The notes beneath the pieces were generated by a model. That model saw only the letters and a program-made list of their open reading frames with translations, ran no database searches and was not told the origin of the DNA. The translations under genes were made by a program, and so were the position numbers. A stretch of 64,000 nt of DNA from an uncultured Prolixibacteraceae bacterium (lineage in GTDB: Bacteria > Bacteroidota > Bacteroidia > Bacteroidales > FEN-979): NCBI GenBank assembly GCA_964473485.1, contig CAYYPH010000001.1, forward strand, positions 65,722 through 129,721, in the 5' to 3' direction. Shown here piece by piece: positions 10,740 through 19,693 of this stretch; the stretch's first letter is position 1; each line of letters opens with the position of its first letter.

Positions 10740-11681
10740 ATGAAAAATCAAATTATGCTGCTAACGAGGAACCTGCCTGAAGGTGCCGAAGCACTGACAC
10801 TTGCGTCGGCCAGTTACTTGTTCATCATGTTTTTTTTAACCGGCCTGAGACCCGAACACTGGGCGATCATCCTGATCTTTAACATCCTTTTCTATTCGGG
10901 GAAAGGAACGCGCAAATTTGTCCTTGGCTTTGCCATTTTCATTCTTTTTGCCATGCTTTATGATGTGATGCGGGCCTTCCCTAATTATTTATTCAACACT
11001 GTTGACATCGCCCCATTGTACCATCTTGAGAAGCAACTTTTTGGAATCGACGTACAATATACCAGGTTAACCCCCAATGAATTTTTCGCGATCAATCACA
11101 ATGTACTGACCGATTTAATAAGCGGGTTTTTCTATATCAACTGGATCCCCGTTCCACTTGGATTTGCTGTTTACCTATACATTACTAACCGTAAATTATT
11201 TTTACATTTCTCGCTCAACTTCCTGCTTGTAAACCTGTTAGGGTTTATCATTTACTACATTCATCCTGCAGCCCCACCCTGGTATGTCAGCGAATATGGC
11301 TTTGTCTTAAACCTTCAAACTCCGGGCAGTGCGGCTGGACTCGCCCGGTTTGACCAACTGCTCCATCTGAATGTTTTTGGTTCGATTTATAACAAAAACG
11401 CCAATGTATTTGCTGCAATCCCGTCCCTTCATTGTGCCTACCCCGTGGTTGTGTTGTATTATGGAATAAAGGCCGATTTGAGCCGCGCCAATTGGTTTTT
11501 CAGTCTGTTTATGATTGGTATCTGGTTTTCGGCCATCTATTCAGGACATCACTATACCATTGATGTGATCCTTGGAATATTTTGTGCCATAGCAGTGATC
11601 ATTATTTACGAAATGGTTTTCATGAAGCAAAGGAGATATAACCTTTTTACAACACGGTATCTGCGAATCATAGACCGATGA
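10740..11681 (+). CDS. PAP2-superfamily membrane protein, inositol phosphorylceramide synthase-like
   Basis: Multi-TM protein with PAP2/Aur1-type C2-C3 motifs (IPSLHCAYP ... SGHHYTIDVILG). It is the last gene of the inositol-lipid cluster. Confidence 0.65.
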   Translation: MKNQIMLLTRNLPEGAEALTLASASYLFIMFFLTGLRPEHWAIILIFNILFYSGKGTRKFVLGFAIFILFAMLYDVMRAFPNYLFNTVDIAPLYHLEKQLFGIDVQYTRLTPNEFFAINHNVLTDLISGFFYINWIPVPLGFAVYLYITNRKLFLHFSLNFLLVNLLGFIIYYIHPAAPPWYVSEYGFVLNLQTPGSAAGLARFDQLLHLNVFGSIYNKNANVFAAIPSLHCAYPVVVLYYGIKADLSRANWFFSLFMIGIWFSAIYSGHHYTIDVILGIFCAIAVIIIYEMVFMKQRRYNLFTTRYLRIIDR

Positions 11682-11727
11682 TACCCGTCGAACTTTAACT
11701 TTTTATTGTATAATAAACAGGATAGTG

Positions 11728-12096
11728 ATGTCAACAGAAAAAAAAATTCTTGATGCCAGCAATTATGTGTTTCTGCAATATGGATATCATGGCACAACTG
11801 TTCAAAAAATCGCAAATAGGGCTGGAGTTGGTAAGTCACAGGTACATTACTATTATCGCTCGAAGGATAATCTATATAAATTGGCTGTCAAGTATGCCGT
11901 TGACCAACTATTAAATTTCAATTTTGCCGTCATGGAGGACAATGAAATAGCAGTAAATTCATCCTGGTTCATAGCAACTGAACTTCGCAATAATAAACCA
12001 ATTTTCGTTCAGGCTGCTGAAGAACTTTATCACCGTGAATTGCCGGGCATTTTCAATAAACTGGCGATGATTTCAAGTAGTCTAAAGTCTGGCTAA
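11728..12096 (+). CDS. TetR-family transcriptional regulator (short, possibly truncated)
   Basis: N-terminal TetR HTH (ILDASNYVFLQYGYHGTTVQKIANRAGVGKSQVHYYYRSKDNLY). It is only 122 aa, so most of the usual ligand-binding domain is missing. Confidence 0.7.
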   Translation: MSTEKKILDASNYVFLQYGYHGTTVQKIANRAGVGKSQVHYYYRSKDNLYKLAVKYAVDQLLNFNFAVMEDNEIAVNSSWFIATELRNNKPIFVQAAEELYHRELPGIFNKLAMISSSLKSG

Positions 12097-12261
12097 AAAT
12101 CATTTTCGCTGAAAACAAAACTGAAACTAGAAGGGACACCCGCAGGTATTTCCTGTGGTTGCCTTTCAGTCTGGAACTACAGATGTGGCGGTAAAAGCAG
12201 GCAATCATCCCGATAGGGGGCGTCCTGATTTCAGGTTTAATGTCTTTTTCGCAAAGCGCTT

Positions 12262-12615
12262 CTAGAAAGTCAGCGTTTTGTCGCTGTCCAGCGTCCATTG
12301 CACCAGTTCCTTCATGGTGCTGAGTCCGGCGCCGGCAATGAGCGGCAGATCCTTGATGCCTCTTGCTTCGGCACAGGAACCACAGATTTTAACTTCCCCT
12401 CCTTTTAAAAGCACCGATTTGATCATCCTCTCAATATTATAATAACCCTGGGGTGTGTTTTGGTTGGGCAAGGCTGCCGTTGCAGCATCGGCCATCAAGA
12501 AAATACGGACTTCGGCGGTTTCATCCTCCTTCTGGATGGTCATGGCCATGCGCAGTGCATTGTAGGCTTTCTCGGTGCCGTAAGGTGCGTCGTTGATAAT
12601 GAACAGGATTTTCAT
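12262..12615 (-). CDS. DsrE/DsrF-like family protein (cytoplasmic paralog)
   Basis: 117 aa: MKILFIINDAPYGTEKAYNALRMA..., with CGSC (KICGSCAEARG) and a C-terminal ..DKTLTF. Confidence 0.7.
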   Translation of the reverse strand: MKILFIINDAPYGTEKAYNALRMAMTIQKEDETAEVRIFLMADAATAALPNQNTPQGYYNIERMIKSVLLKGGEVKICGSCAEARGIKDLPLIAGAGLSTMKELVQWTLDSDKTLTF

Positions 12616-12642
12616 TGTTGAATGTTGAAATGTTGTAAAATG

Positions 12643-13062
12643 CTAAAATGTTAAAACCTTATCAGACCACTTAACCATGTCGTACATGTCTTGCATGGTC
12701 GATAATGGGCACATTTCTGAACCCTCCTTTTGTCTGATTGTCAGACATGATCCGCATGCAAACACCTTTCCCCAGTTGTCAATAAATCTCCGTATCTGAT
12801 CTGTCACACTGAACTTCTTTGTATTTAAACGCTCACATTCAACACCTTTTGCCAGCAAAAATACGCGAACCGAATCTCCCTCTTCGAGTGCAAAATTTCC
12901 AAACCTGAAAGCGTTCCAAACCGTTTCAGGGTCATTGGAATAAATGATCATTCCGATTTTCATCCCAGGGGCAAGGATTGCTCCATTACCGGAATCCGGA
13001 TTTGTTTGTCTGATACCTGTGAAAGGAAGGAGAATGATCAGTAGAAAAAAAAACTGTTTCAT
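12643..13062 (-). CDS. DsrE/DsrF-like family protein with signal peptide (exported paralog)
   Basis: The ATG at 13062 gives MKQFFFLLIILLPFTGIRQ. The mature part parallels the neighbouring gene (FACGSCLTIRQ, ends ..DKVLTF). The longer ORF-track start lacks support. Confidence 0.6.
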   Translation of the reverse strand: MKQFFFLLIILLPFTGIRQTNPDSGNGAILAPGMKIGMIIYSNDPETVWNAFRFGNFALEEGDSVRVFLLAKGVECERLNTKKFSVTDQIRRFIDNWGKVFACGSCLTIRQKEGSEMCPLSTMQDMYDMVKWSDKVLTF

Positions 13063-13463
13063 GAATTTGTTTGTTTGAATGTGAGCTAACAAAGATATGC
13101 TAAAAAAAGATGTATTGCATTTTCGCCAGGATGCATAATAAAAAGGTTCGACCAGGGACCGTATTTTCCCGAAGGCAAGTTCTTTAGAGTTCATGACGTC
13201 AGTTTCAGGAATTTTATTAAAAACTAAATGATCCTTCCTGGTGAAGGCCTTGCCAGGTCCATCCCGGTGGGATAGCAAAACAAAGCCATATAAGCTGAGC
13301 TGCAGTTTCCGGCAGGTCGTTTGAGTTTCTGGATCGAAATAATTACAGGAAAAATTCTCGTGAAATTAACCGCTTCGATACAACAACCTTTAGTAAAGAT
13401 CCGGTTTACCCGAAAAAGAAAAGTTGGACCTGTCAAACAAATTGGGTCAACCTCAATGGTCCG

Positions 13464-15227
13464 CTAAGCCGGTTGCTGTTCATAAGGGGAATGACACGAA
13501 GGTATCGGTACACTGAACCTGAAGGTTGTACCTACCCCAGGTTCCGACGCAATCTCAATGTGCCCCTGGTTTCGTTCTACCAGCTCACTACAGAGGATCA
13601 GCCCCAGACCTGTTCCCTTTTCTTTGTTCGTTCCAGAGGTTGAAAAGGCAGTGTCAATCCTGAAAAGGTTGGGAATCGCCTCCGTCTTGATTCCGACACC
13701 GTTGTCCCTTATCCCGATAATCGCCATATCACCTTCATTGTCAGCTGAAATCTCAACCCACCCACCCGGATTGGTGAATTTTATCGCGTTTGTCAGAAGG
13801 TTACGGATAACGGTACGAATGGCATTTTCATCTGCGTATACCTGTCCGTCATAATGATATTGTTCGATGATCCTGATTTGTTTCAGTTCGGCCGATGACC
13901 GCACCAGTGCGGTAACCTCTGCCGCCACCTTCGCTATGTTGAATTCGCTGAAATTCATCTTCATGCCGTCTTGTTGCATGAGCGACCAGTTTAAAAGGTT
14001 GTCGATGAGCTGATAGCTCTTTTTGGCAAGGCCGGAAAATCTCCGGATGATATCCTTCCGCTCTTCTTCTGAATATTCGTTGTAAGACTCTGTAAGAAGG
14101 TTTGAAAATGAAAGCAGGGTGGCCATCGGATTACGCAAATCATGTGAGATGATGGAGAAGAATTTGTCCTTGGCAGCATTCAGTTCAATTAATTTCGAGG
14201 CCTGTTCCGCAAGGGTTTTCTCGCTTTGTTTCAAGAGCTCAAACTTCCGCGCATTCGAGATCGCCATCCCGGTCACACTGCCTATCACCATGCCAAGATC
14301 TTTATAATGACCAATATATTCCGGAAACCTGACATTGATCACGGAGATTTCCCCAAACTGCTTGTCGTGGCTAAGAATAAAACTAAAGGTATTTGCCACA
14401 TTGGTTTTTATGCCTTGCTGTGCAGGATTAAGATAGAAAGATACCGGTGGTTGGTTGTTTTCAAACCGTTGAAAGACAATATTCTCAGGAGCGTAAAGAA
14501 TGTTCAGCAACCGGAACATCCGTTCCAGAATATTCGTTTCGTTGGTCTCCGCCACCATGGCTTTTATTTCGCTGAACGCCACCATGATATCGGCCGATCG
14601 TTTCATATCCCTGGCAGTTTCGATGGAATGTCTTTCACGCTCAAGAATTTTCTGTTGCGAGATGACGTGATGGCGGACAAACATCCTGCAATAATCAATG
14701 CCGATCGGCAAAACTTCATAGGGAAGGCCTGTGTAAACTGAAAAGGCCTGTAGCGCTGGCAGCCAGTTATTGGTAATCCCTGTCTCCAGAAAGATGATCT
14801 TCCGGCACGACTCCGCGAAAAACTTTCGTGCCTGGTCCGCCGAAAATCCCCAGGTTGCCGAAAAATAATCGAAATTCTGCAGCCAGCCCTCCGAAACCAG
14901 GTACCCACCGTTGCGACTCAGATGGTGAAGTAGTGACGGCGGAGCGATTAACTCATGACACTGGCCAAGTTCTATTGGAACAACCCTGGCATCTGAGATC
15001 AGCCGACAGTCATGTGTAATGCAACTGCTTCCGAAAAGCAATCCTTTCATGTAGGTACTTTCTTTCCCACATAGCAATTGCTCAGCCTGCGCATTATTCA
15101 TCAGGGGTCCGGTACAATCGGTTGGCAGCCGCACTACGTCGACAGCCTCGAATCCCTCTTTGCCGACTGCGAAACTGACCTCCGGAAATACGGTATCGCA
15201 AACGAATATACAGATGTGAGAGATCAT
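13464..15227 (-). CDS. soluble sensor histidine kinase with a Cys-rich N-terminal domain (DUF1638-like?) and a GAF-like middle region
   Basis: H-box FFSIISHDLRNPM, N-box NLLTNAIKFT, G-boxes RDNGVGI and GTGLGL. No TM segment. The start ATG overlaps the stop of the upstream methyltransferase gene (ATGA). Confidence 0.85.
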   Translation of the reverse strand: MISHICIFVCDTVFPEVSFAVGKEGFEAVDVVRLPTDCTGPLMNNAQAEQLLCGKESTYMKGLLFGSSCITHDCRLISDARVVPIELGQCHELIAPPSLLHHLSRNGGYLVSEGWLQNFDYFSATWGFSADQARKFFAESCRKIIFLETGITNNWLPALQAFSVYTGLPYEVLPIGIDYCRMFVRHHVISQQKILERERHSIETARDMKRSADIMVAFSEIKAMVAETNETNILERMFRLLNILYAPENIVFQRFENNQPPVSFYLNPAQQGIKTNVANTFSFILSHDKQFGEISVINVRFPEYIGHYKDLGMVIGSVTGMAISNARKFELLKQSEKTLAEQASKLIELNAAKDKFFSIISHDLRNPMATLLSFSNLLTESYNEYSEEERKDIIRRFSGLAKKSYQLIDNLLNWSLMQQDGMKMNFSEFNIAKVAAEVTALVRSSAELKQIRIIEQYHYDGQVYADENAIRTVIRNLLTNAIKFTNPGGWVEISADNEGDMAIIGIRDNGVGIKTEAIPNLFRIDTAFSTSGTNKEKGTGLGLILCSELVERNQGHIEIASEPGVGTTFRFSVPIPSCHSPYEQQPA

Positions 15228-16267
15228 TCTTTAAGGCTGATCGGATAGGTGCCAAATGTATGTACCGCTTCTGAAATTGCAAGCAGGGTATCATCAGGCA
15301 CCTGGTAAGGAATCTCCCCATGGTTGTCTGAAAGAATGAATCCTCCGCCAGGCGCCGCTTTACGGATGATGTCCAGGACGATGTGCCGGGCGTTGGCTTC
15401 GTCCCAGTTACGCATCTCAATTCCGTTAAGGTTCCCCATCACCGTGAGCTTTTTTAAATAGGCGGCCTTCAGCTCTCCGATATCCTCCTGTGCACTTACA
15501 CCCACTACGGCCGTGCCGGTGGTGGCTACATCGTCAACGATCGTCAACGATCTCCCGGAAGCAAAATGAGTGGCTGTCGGACCTTTAATCTGCGAAATGG
15601 TCTTCTTCGCAATCTGCCATCCGGTTTCGAGGTATTTTTTCCGTGGTATAATGGTAGGGGAGGACACCGGGTCGAAATAGCATATAGCGGTGGCGCCTGC
15701 ACCCAGCTGGGCGTTGGCAAAAGCGACTGTGAATGCCTGGTTCACTGCCATTAATCGTGTGAACAGATCAGGTCTGAAATGCATGATCTCAAGATAATGG
15801 TCAAAACCCATCTGCATCACAGGCAGCGAAAAAGGCGACATGACCACGCCGATGATGGGCACATCACCTTTCACTTTCTTATTCAACAGGTCGATCGCCT
15901 CGTACACCCGTTGCATTACAGGGTGCCTTGCTGGATCTGGCGCCTCCAGCGTAAGAATCCTTTCCACATTGTTGATAATGGGTTGTGCCGAATTAGGTGG
16001 GCCGTCGTCGGTAAAAATAACCTCACCTCCGAATGCCTCAATCTCCAGTGGCGCATAAAAGAAAGTATAAAGACAATCGTTACGGTACTTTTTTCGCAGC
16101 CTCAGCTGCCCTTCGGCAACATGTGCGCCCTTTGAAAAATATTCGCGAATGCTCATTCCCAGCTCCCTGGCGCCATGCATGGTCAGGAGCAGGAACTGCG
16201 GTACCCGGTCGGGTTCCTGGTGACTCAGGGTTTTTAAAACCCGCTCCATGGAAGTCATCGTTTTCAT
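15224..16267 (-). CDS. uroporphyrinogen decarboxylase (URO-D)/MtaA-family corrinoid methyltransferase-like protein
   Basis: 347 aa: MERVLKTLSHQEPDRVPQFLL... through a ..GGFILSDNHGEIP C-terminus, typical of the URO-D/MtaA/CmuA family. It has 4-nt overlaps with both neighbours. Confidence 0.8.
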   Translation of the reverse strand: MKTMTSMERVLKTLSHQEPDRVPQFLLLTMHGARELGMSIREYFSKGAHVAEGQLRLRKKYRNDCLYTFFYAPLEIEAFGGEVIFTDDGPPNSAQPIINNVERILTLEAPDPARHPVMQRVYEAIDLLNKKVKGDVPIIGVVMSPFSLPVMQMGFDHYLEIMHFRPDLFTRLMAVNQAFTVAFANAQLGAGATAICYFDPVSSPTIIPRKKYLETGWQIAKKTISQIKGPTATHFASGRSLTIVDDVATTGTAVVGVSAQEDIGELKAAYLKKLTVMGNLNGIEMRNWDEANARHIVLDIIRKAAPGGGFILSDNHGEIPYQVPDDTLLAISEAVHTFGTYPISLKE

Positions 16268-16905
16268 TGGTTTCCTCCCGTTAATTCGTTTATCACCTTC
16301 AAAGCTTCTGCCGGATTTTTTCCCGAAGCATGGGCGCCCACCTCGTTCCAGAGGTTTTCATCGAAACGGAACGGAGCCCCGCCAACCACAATTTTTACTG
16401 GAGTTTCCTTTAGCGCCGTGGTCACCTCCCTGATTCTGAGCGCCGAGGGAAGCATGAGCGTCGACAGCATGAGAATTTCTGTTTTGTTTTCAATAACAAA
16501 TTCAATCAGGTCGGAGGCGTTCAGTCCATTGCCCAGGTCGGTGATTTCGTATCCCCCAGCCCGCAATACCGAGAGAATGATCCGTTTCCCAAGCATGTGG
16601 AAGTCTTCAAAAACACCGATGGCCATTCTCGGTTGAACTGTCCTGAACGCTGATTTTGCAGGGATTAGCTCATCGATGGTCTCTTCACAGATAATGCCGC
16701 TTAGATAGACCTGCGATAGAGAATAGAATCCCTTTTCCCATCCGGTACCGATCCGGTCCAGCGCCCCAACCACAAGGTCGCTTGCCGCATGAAAATGGCT
16801 GCCGTCCCCGGCAGCCTTACGGATTATCGAGGCGGCTTTTTCCCGGTCGAGCGAAAGCAACGCCAATTCCAGGCCTTCAATAAGTGCAGGGGTTATGCTT
16901 TTCAT
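16264..16905 (-). CDS. corrinoid (cobalamin)-binding protein, MtaC/MtbC-like
   Basis: B12-binding_2 helical cap plus a Rossmann domain with DxHxxG (EDFHMLG), SxL (STL) and GG (VGGAP) motifs. Confidence 0.85.
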   Translation of the reverse strand: MKSITPALIEGLELALLSLDREKAASIIRKAAGDGSHFHAASDLVVGALDRIGTGWEKGFYSLSQVYLSGIICEETIDELIPAKSAFRTVQPRMAIGVFEDFHMLGKRIILSVLRAGGYEITDLGNGLNASDLIEFVIENKTEILMLSTLMLPSALRIREVTTALKETPVKIVVGGAPFRFDENLWNEVGAHASGKNPAEALKVINELTGGNQ

Positions 16906-17019
16906 AAATACACCGTTAATGGTTACTCATTCATACGGGCCATCCAACGTTAATACCCTTTTAGCAAAATTTGAGGGATGTAAAAATAAAGAAAAAGGGA
17001 TAAAGAATCAACCGATCAT

Positions 17020-17655
17020 TCAGAGATTTCTGTTTCTGATTAGTATGAGAATGTACCCTGCAATCCCTGCTATCAGCAATCCGATGTCTTCTTTAATTCC
17101 AAAGTTGATAGCTGCAAAGAAACCGATGATCGACCATAGCAGCGGAAATATTAGAAGATGCCACGGAAACCGGTAATTCATCAGAAGCAGAAGCCCGAAT
17201 GTGTATATCGTAGTCGGGCAGGGGAGACCGAAAGTCGGAGATTCAGGATAAATGTGCCCGAGAACATTACCAAGAAGTGGATAGATGAACAACCCATAGA
17301 GAACAAACAACACTCCTGTAAATGAATAAACGTCAGGTCTGAAGATAACATTAATCCTCATATTCCGTAAGCCATACCAGGTAAACAGAAGGGCCTGGAT
17401 AATGTAAATACCGCCGAAGATCCATGCGGCCTTGTTGATGGTTGTAAAGAATAGGAAGTGATACATAGTACCCATCCAGAACCAGAGGAAGGCAAGAATT
17501 CCAGAAATAATCATGACTTTCTTGCCGGTACGCACGAACACTAATACAATTGCTACAATTGCCAGCAAATAAAGAATGATCTGTGAAGGCCAAACAGCCA
17601 GGTTGTAATTTCTGAACACCTCTATGAATTGTTCAGCAGTGAAAGGGGTTTTCAT
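17020..17655 (-). CDS. integral membrane protein (DUF6064-like)
   Basis: 211 aa with 6 predicted TM helices. The N-terminus MKTPFTAEQFIEVFRNYNLAVWP resembles the DUF6064 family as I remember it. Confidence 0.5.
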   Translation of the reverse strand: MKTPFTAEQFIEVFRNYNLAVWPSQIILYLLAIVAIVLVFVRTGKKVMIISGILAFLWFWMGTMYHFLFFTTINKAAWIFGGIYIIQALLFTWYGLRNMRINVIFRPDVYSFTGVLFVLYGLFIYPLLGNVLGHIYPESPTFGLPCPTTIYTFGLLLLMNYRFPWHLLIFPLLWSIIGFFAAINFGIKEDIGLLIAGIAGYILILIRNRNL

Positions 17656-17836
17656 CTTCGGTTCAAATCGTTACCTGTTTAAGATCAGTTGATTGTCTCG
17701 GTTGATTGGTTCTTTCTAAAGGAGGGCATATTTCTTACCTGTGAGAGGTCAATGAGTCAGATACCCTGACCAATTTGCCTCCAATGCCGTAAGCAAAGTA
17801 AGCAGCAACCGAGAACAATGTATTGCTGAGAAACAC

Positions 17837-18553
17837 TCATTTTGCTGCAAGTTTGAAGAAGCTTACCGTAAATGAGACCATCCACGCCATGATCAGAAGA
17901 CCACCGGGCATTGCAAGCATCAGGGCAAATTTACCCGCGCCAGGCAAAAAGGTTACCAGCACAATGTAAACGATCATCAACATATTACCCCCGAATCCCA
18001 GCCATGAAAAAATTTTCCTGAATGAACCTGACCGGGTCATATTCAGGGCCATAATCATTGCACCGATGGTCGGCAGCACAAAACCGATGAAAACACTAAA
18101 ACTGCCATGAGCTCCTTTTGCAAGCATTGTTTCACCTGCAGCTGCCAGCAAGTTTTTATGGGCTTCTGAATCAGTAGCAAAGTACTTTTGACTGAGGTCA
18201 GCCATTGGCAACGCCGTGTTTCCTGCAATAAACAAAGAAGTACCCACAAGGAAAACGATCAACGCGAGCAGACCCATTTTGTTGTTCTCTCCTGCAGCTA
18301 CATAAAGGGCCACATAGACCGGAATCAGCAGGAGCTGATTGATAACGTTGAGCAGATCCAGGTTGTATAGGCCAAGAAGAAAGTTGCCATGCAACTGTTG
18401 AAAACGTTCAACTGCAGTCTGAGGAAGGGAGTGGATATCACCGCCGGTAATAGATCCGGCAACAATGTCCAACATAATTCCGGCCAGGAACAGAATCGTG
18501 AATATGCCACCGATCCTGAAAATACAGGCAGAATGATCATTTAAATCTTTCAA
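17837..18553 (-). CDS. integral membrane protein (DUF4386-like)
   Basis: 238 aa, multi-TM. The family name is tentative. Confidence 0.45.
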   Translation of the reverse strand: MKDLNDHSACIFRIGGIFTILFLAGIMLDIVAGSITGGDIHSLPQTAVERFQQLHGNFLLGLYNLDLLNVINQLLLIPVYVALYVAAGENNKMGLLALIVFLVGTSLFIAGNTALPMADLSQKYFATDSEAHKNLLAAAGETMLAKGAHGSFSVFIGFVLPTIGAMIMALNMTRSGSFRKIFSWLGFGGNMLMIVYIVLVTFLPGAGKFALMLAMPGGLLIMAWMVSFTVSFFKLAAK

Positions 18554-18909
18554 TCCTGTGCAAGATTAAAGTCATTGAAGGCTTTTTCCAAAGCATTGAT
18601 AAAAGCTTTCGGGTCGTCTGGCGTAAAAAGAATCCTTTTCACAATGCCTTCTTTTTTATCAAGAACAATATGTTCCGTAAAATTCGCCCAGTCGAGTTTA
18701 ATTGCCGGACGGAAGTCTTTCAGGTGAAGGTCGCCTTTCAGCAAACCTTTAATCTCTGATTCTGAGACCAACGCCTTTTCAACATTCTCAAAGGGGATCA
18801 TGATATCTCCGGCCAGGGTCGCAAATTCCAGATGGTCTTTAAAAATCCTGTATTCCTGCCAGAGACTTTTAAGAGTACTCTTAGATAGATAAACAATTTC
18901 CTTTTTCAT
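18550..18909 (-). CDS. hypothetical cytoplasmic protein
   Basis: A 119-aa ORF with a 4-nt overlap with the downstream membrane protein gene. No recognisable motif. Confidence 0.5.
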   Translation of the reverse strand: MKKEIVYLSKSTLKSLWQEYRIFKDHLEFATLAGDIMIPFENVEKALVSESEIKGLLKGDLHLKDFRPAIKLDWANFTEHIVLDKKEGIVKRILFTPDDPKAFINALEKAFNDFNLAQD

Positions 18910-19007
18910 AACTTAGTCTGATAGAATCCATATTACAGGCCCAAAGATATGAAGTAACATATTATGTTACGCCGCGAAACATAGATAAATTGATTCCTTC
19001 CCAAACC

Positions 19008-19100
19008 AGGCCACCCATTCCGGAGTAACGTAGGCCAGTGATTCCGGAGCAGAGTAGGTCACTCATTACCTCGCAATGAGGTCCAAGCCTTACATGCTGC
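19008..19100. repeat. four degenerate ~24-nt tandem repeats (AGGCCANNNATTCCGGAG-type)
   Basis: Units at 19008-19031, 19032-19055, 19056-19078 and 19079-19100 all start with AGG(C/T)C. The first two share ATTCCGGAG. Confidence 0.6.
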
Positions 19101-19180
19101 TTCGATTTCATGGCAGCTAATAACCAGCAGCCACAATGGGCTGCAAACCAACCCGTTTATCCGGCACCAGCCCAATGGTC

Positions 19181-19392
19181 AGATACCCTTGCCGGTCCTT
19201 TATGGTAAGTTTCTCCTAATCCCTTTCCTGTCCTTTACGTCCATTTTCTTAGATTCCTTTCCCCGTCACGAACATCCCGGTTCTTTGAATCCCTTGCCGG
19301 TCTTGAAGGCTGTTTTCTCACAATCCCATGCCAGTTTTTAGAGGTCATATTCTCAGAATCCTATAGCCTGCCAACAGCCTTTGTCTCCCATT
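19181..19392. repeat. about six degenerate ~33-36-nt tandem repeats (..TTCTC-N-AATCCC-TT-CC-GTC..)
   Basis: A recurring core: taatccctttcctgtc / tagattcctttccccgtc / gaatcccttgccggtc / caatcccatgccagtt / gaatcctatagcctgc. Confidence 0.55.
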
Positions 19393-19693
19393 GGTCTGCG
19401 TTCCTGCAGCCGGTTCGGGTTTTTCCCGTCGTCTAATACTGCTCCTTAAAACCGGTTCTTCCCCAGATACCAACTTTTTCTTTTCCCCTCACCAGGCTGC
19501 CGAAACAAACAGCCCGCCTTATCCCTGCCCACTGTGGCCGCTTCATCATTAGCTGCCATTTTTACCAGGCTTGAAACGTTCCAAAAATGGAAGACATAGA
19601 TAGTGTGGCAGTAAGAGTGGTCATTATAGGCAAGGTCAGTATGAGTGAGGTACCTCCAACAATTTTAGGCTTGCGTCAATTCCCATCTCCTGA

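Noticed and set aside
12643-13278. The 211-aa version of the exported DsrE-like ORF.
   Set aside because: The first 72 codons lack any feature. The internal ATG at 13062 yields a canonical signal peptide directly followed by the DsrE-like domain.
16906-17019. A cobalamin riboswitch upstream of the corrinoid-protein operon.
   Set aside because: I looked for a B12-box-like GCCACTG core and the usual conserved stems on the minus strand and found none. This cannot be excluded without a covariance-model scan.
19181-19392. Possible CRISPR array (regularly spaced ~34-nt pattern).
   Set aside because: The units are contiguous degenerate repeats with no unique spacers. The repeat cores are poorly conserved, and there are no cas genes in the window.
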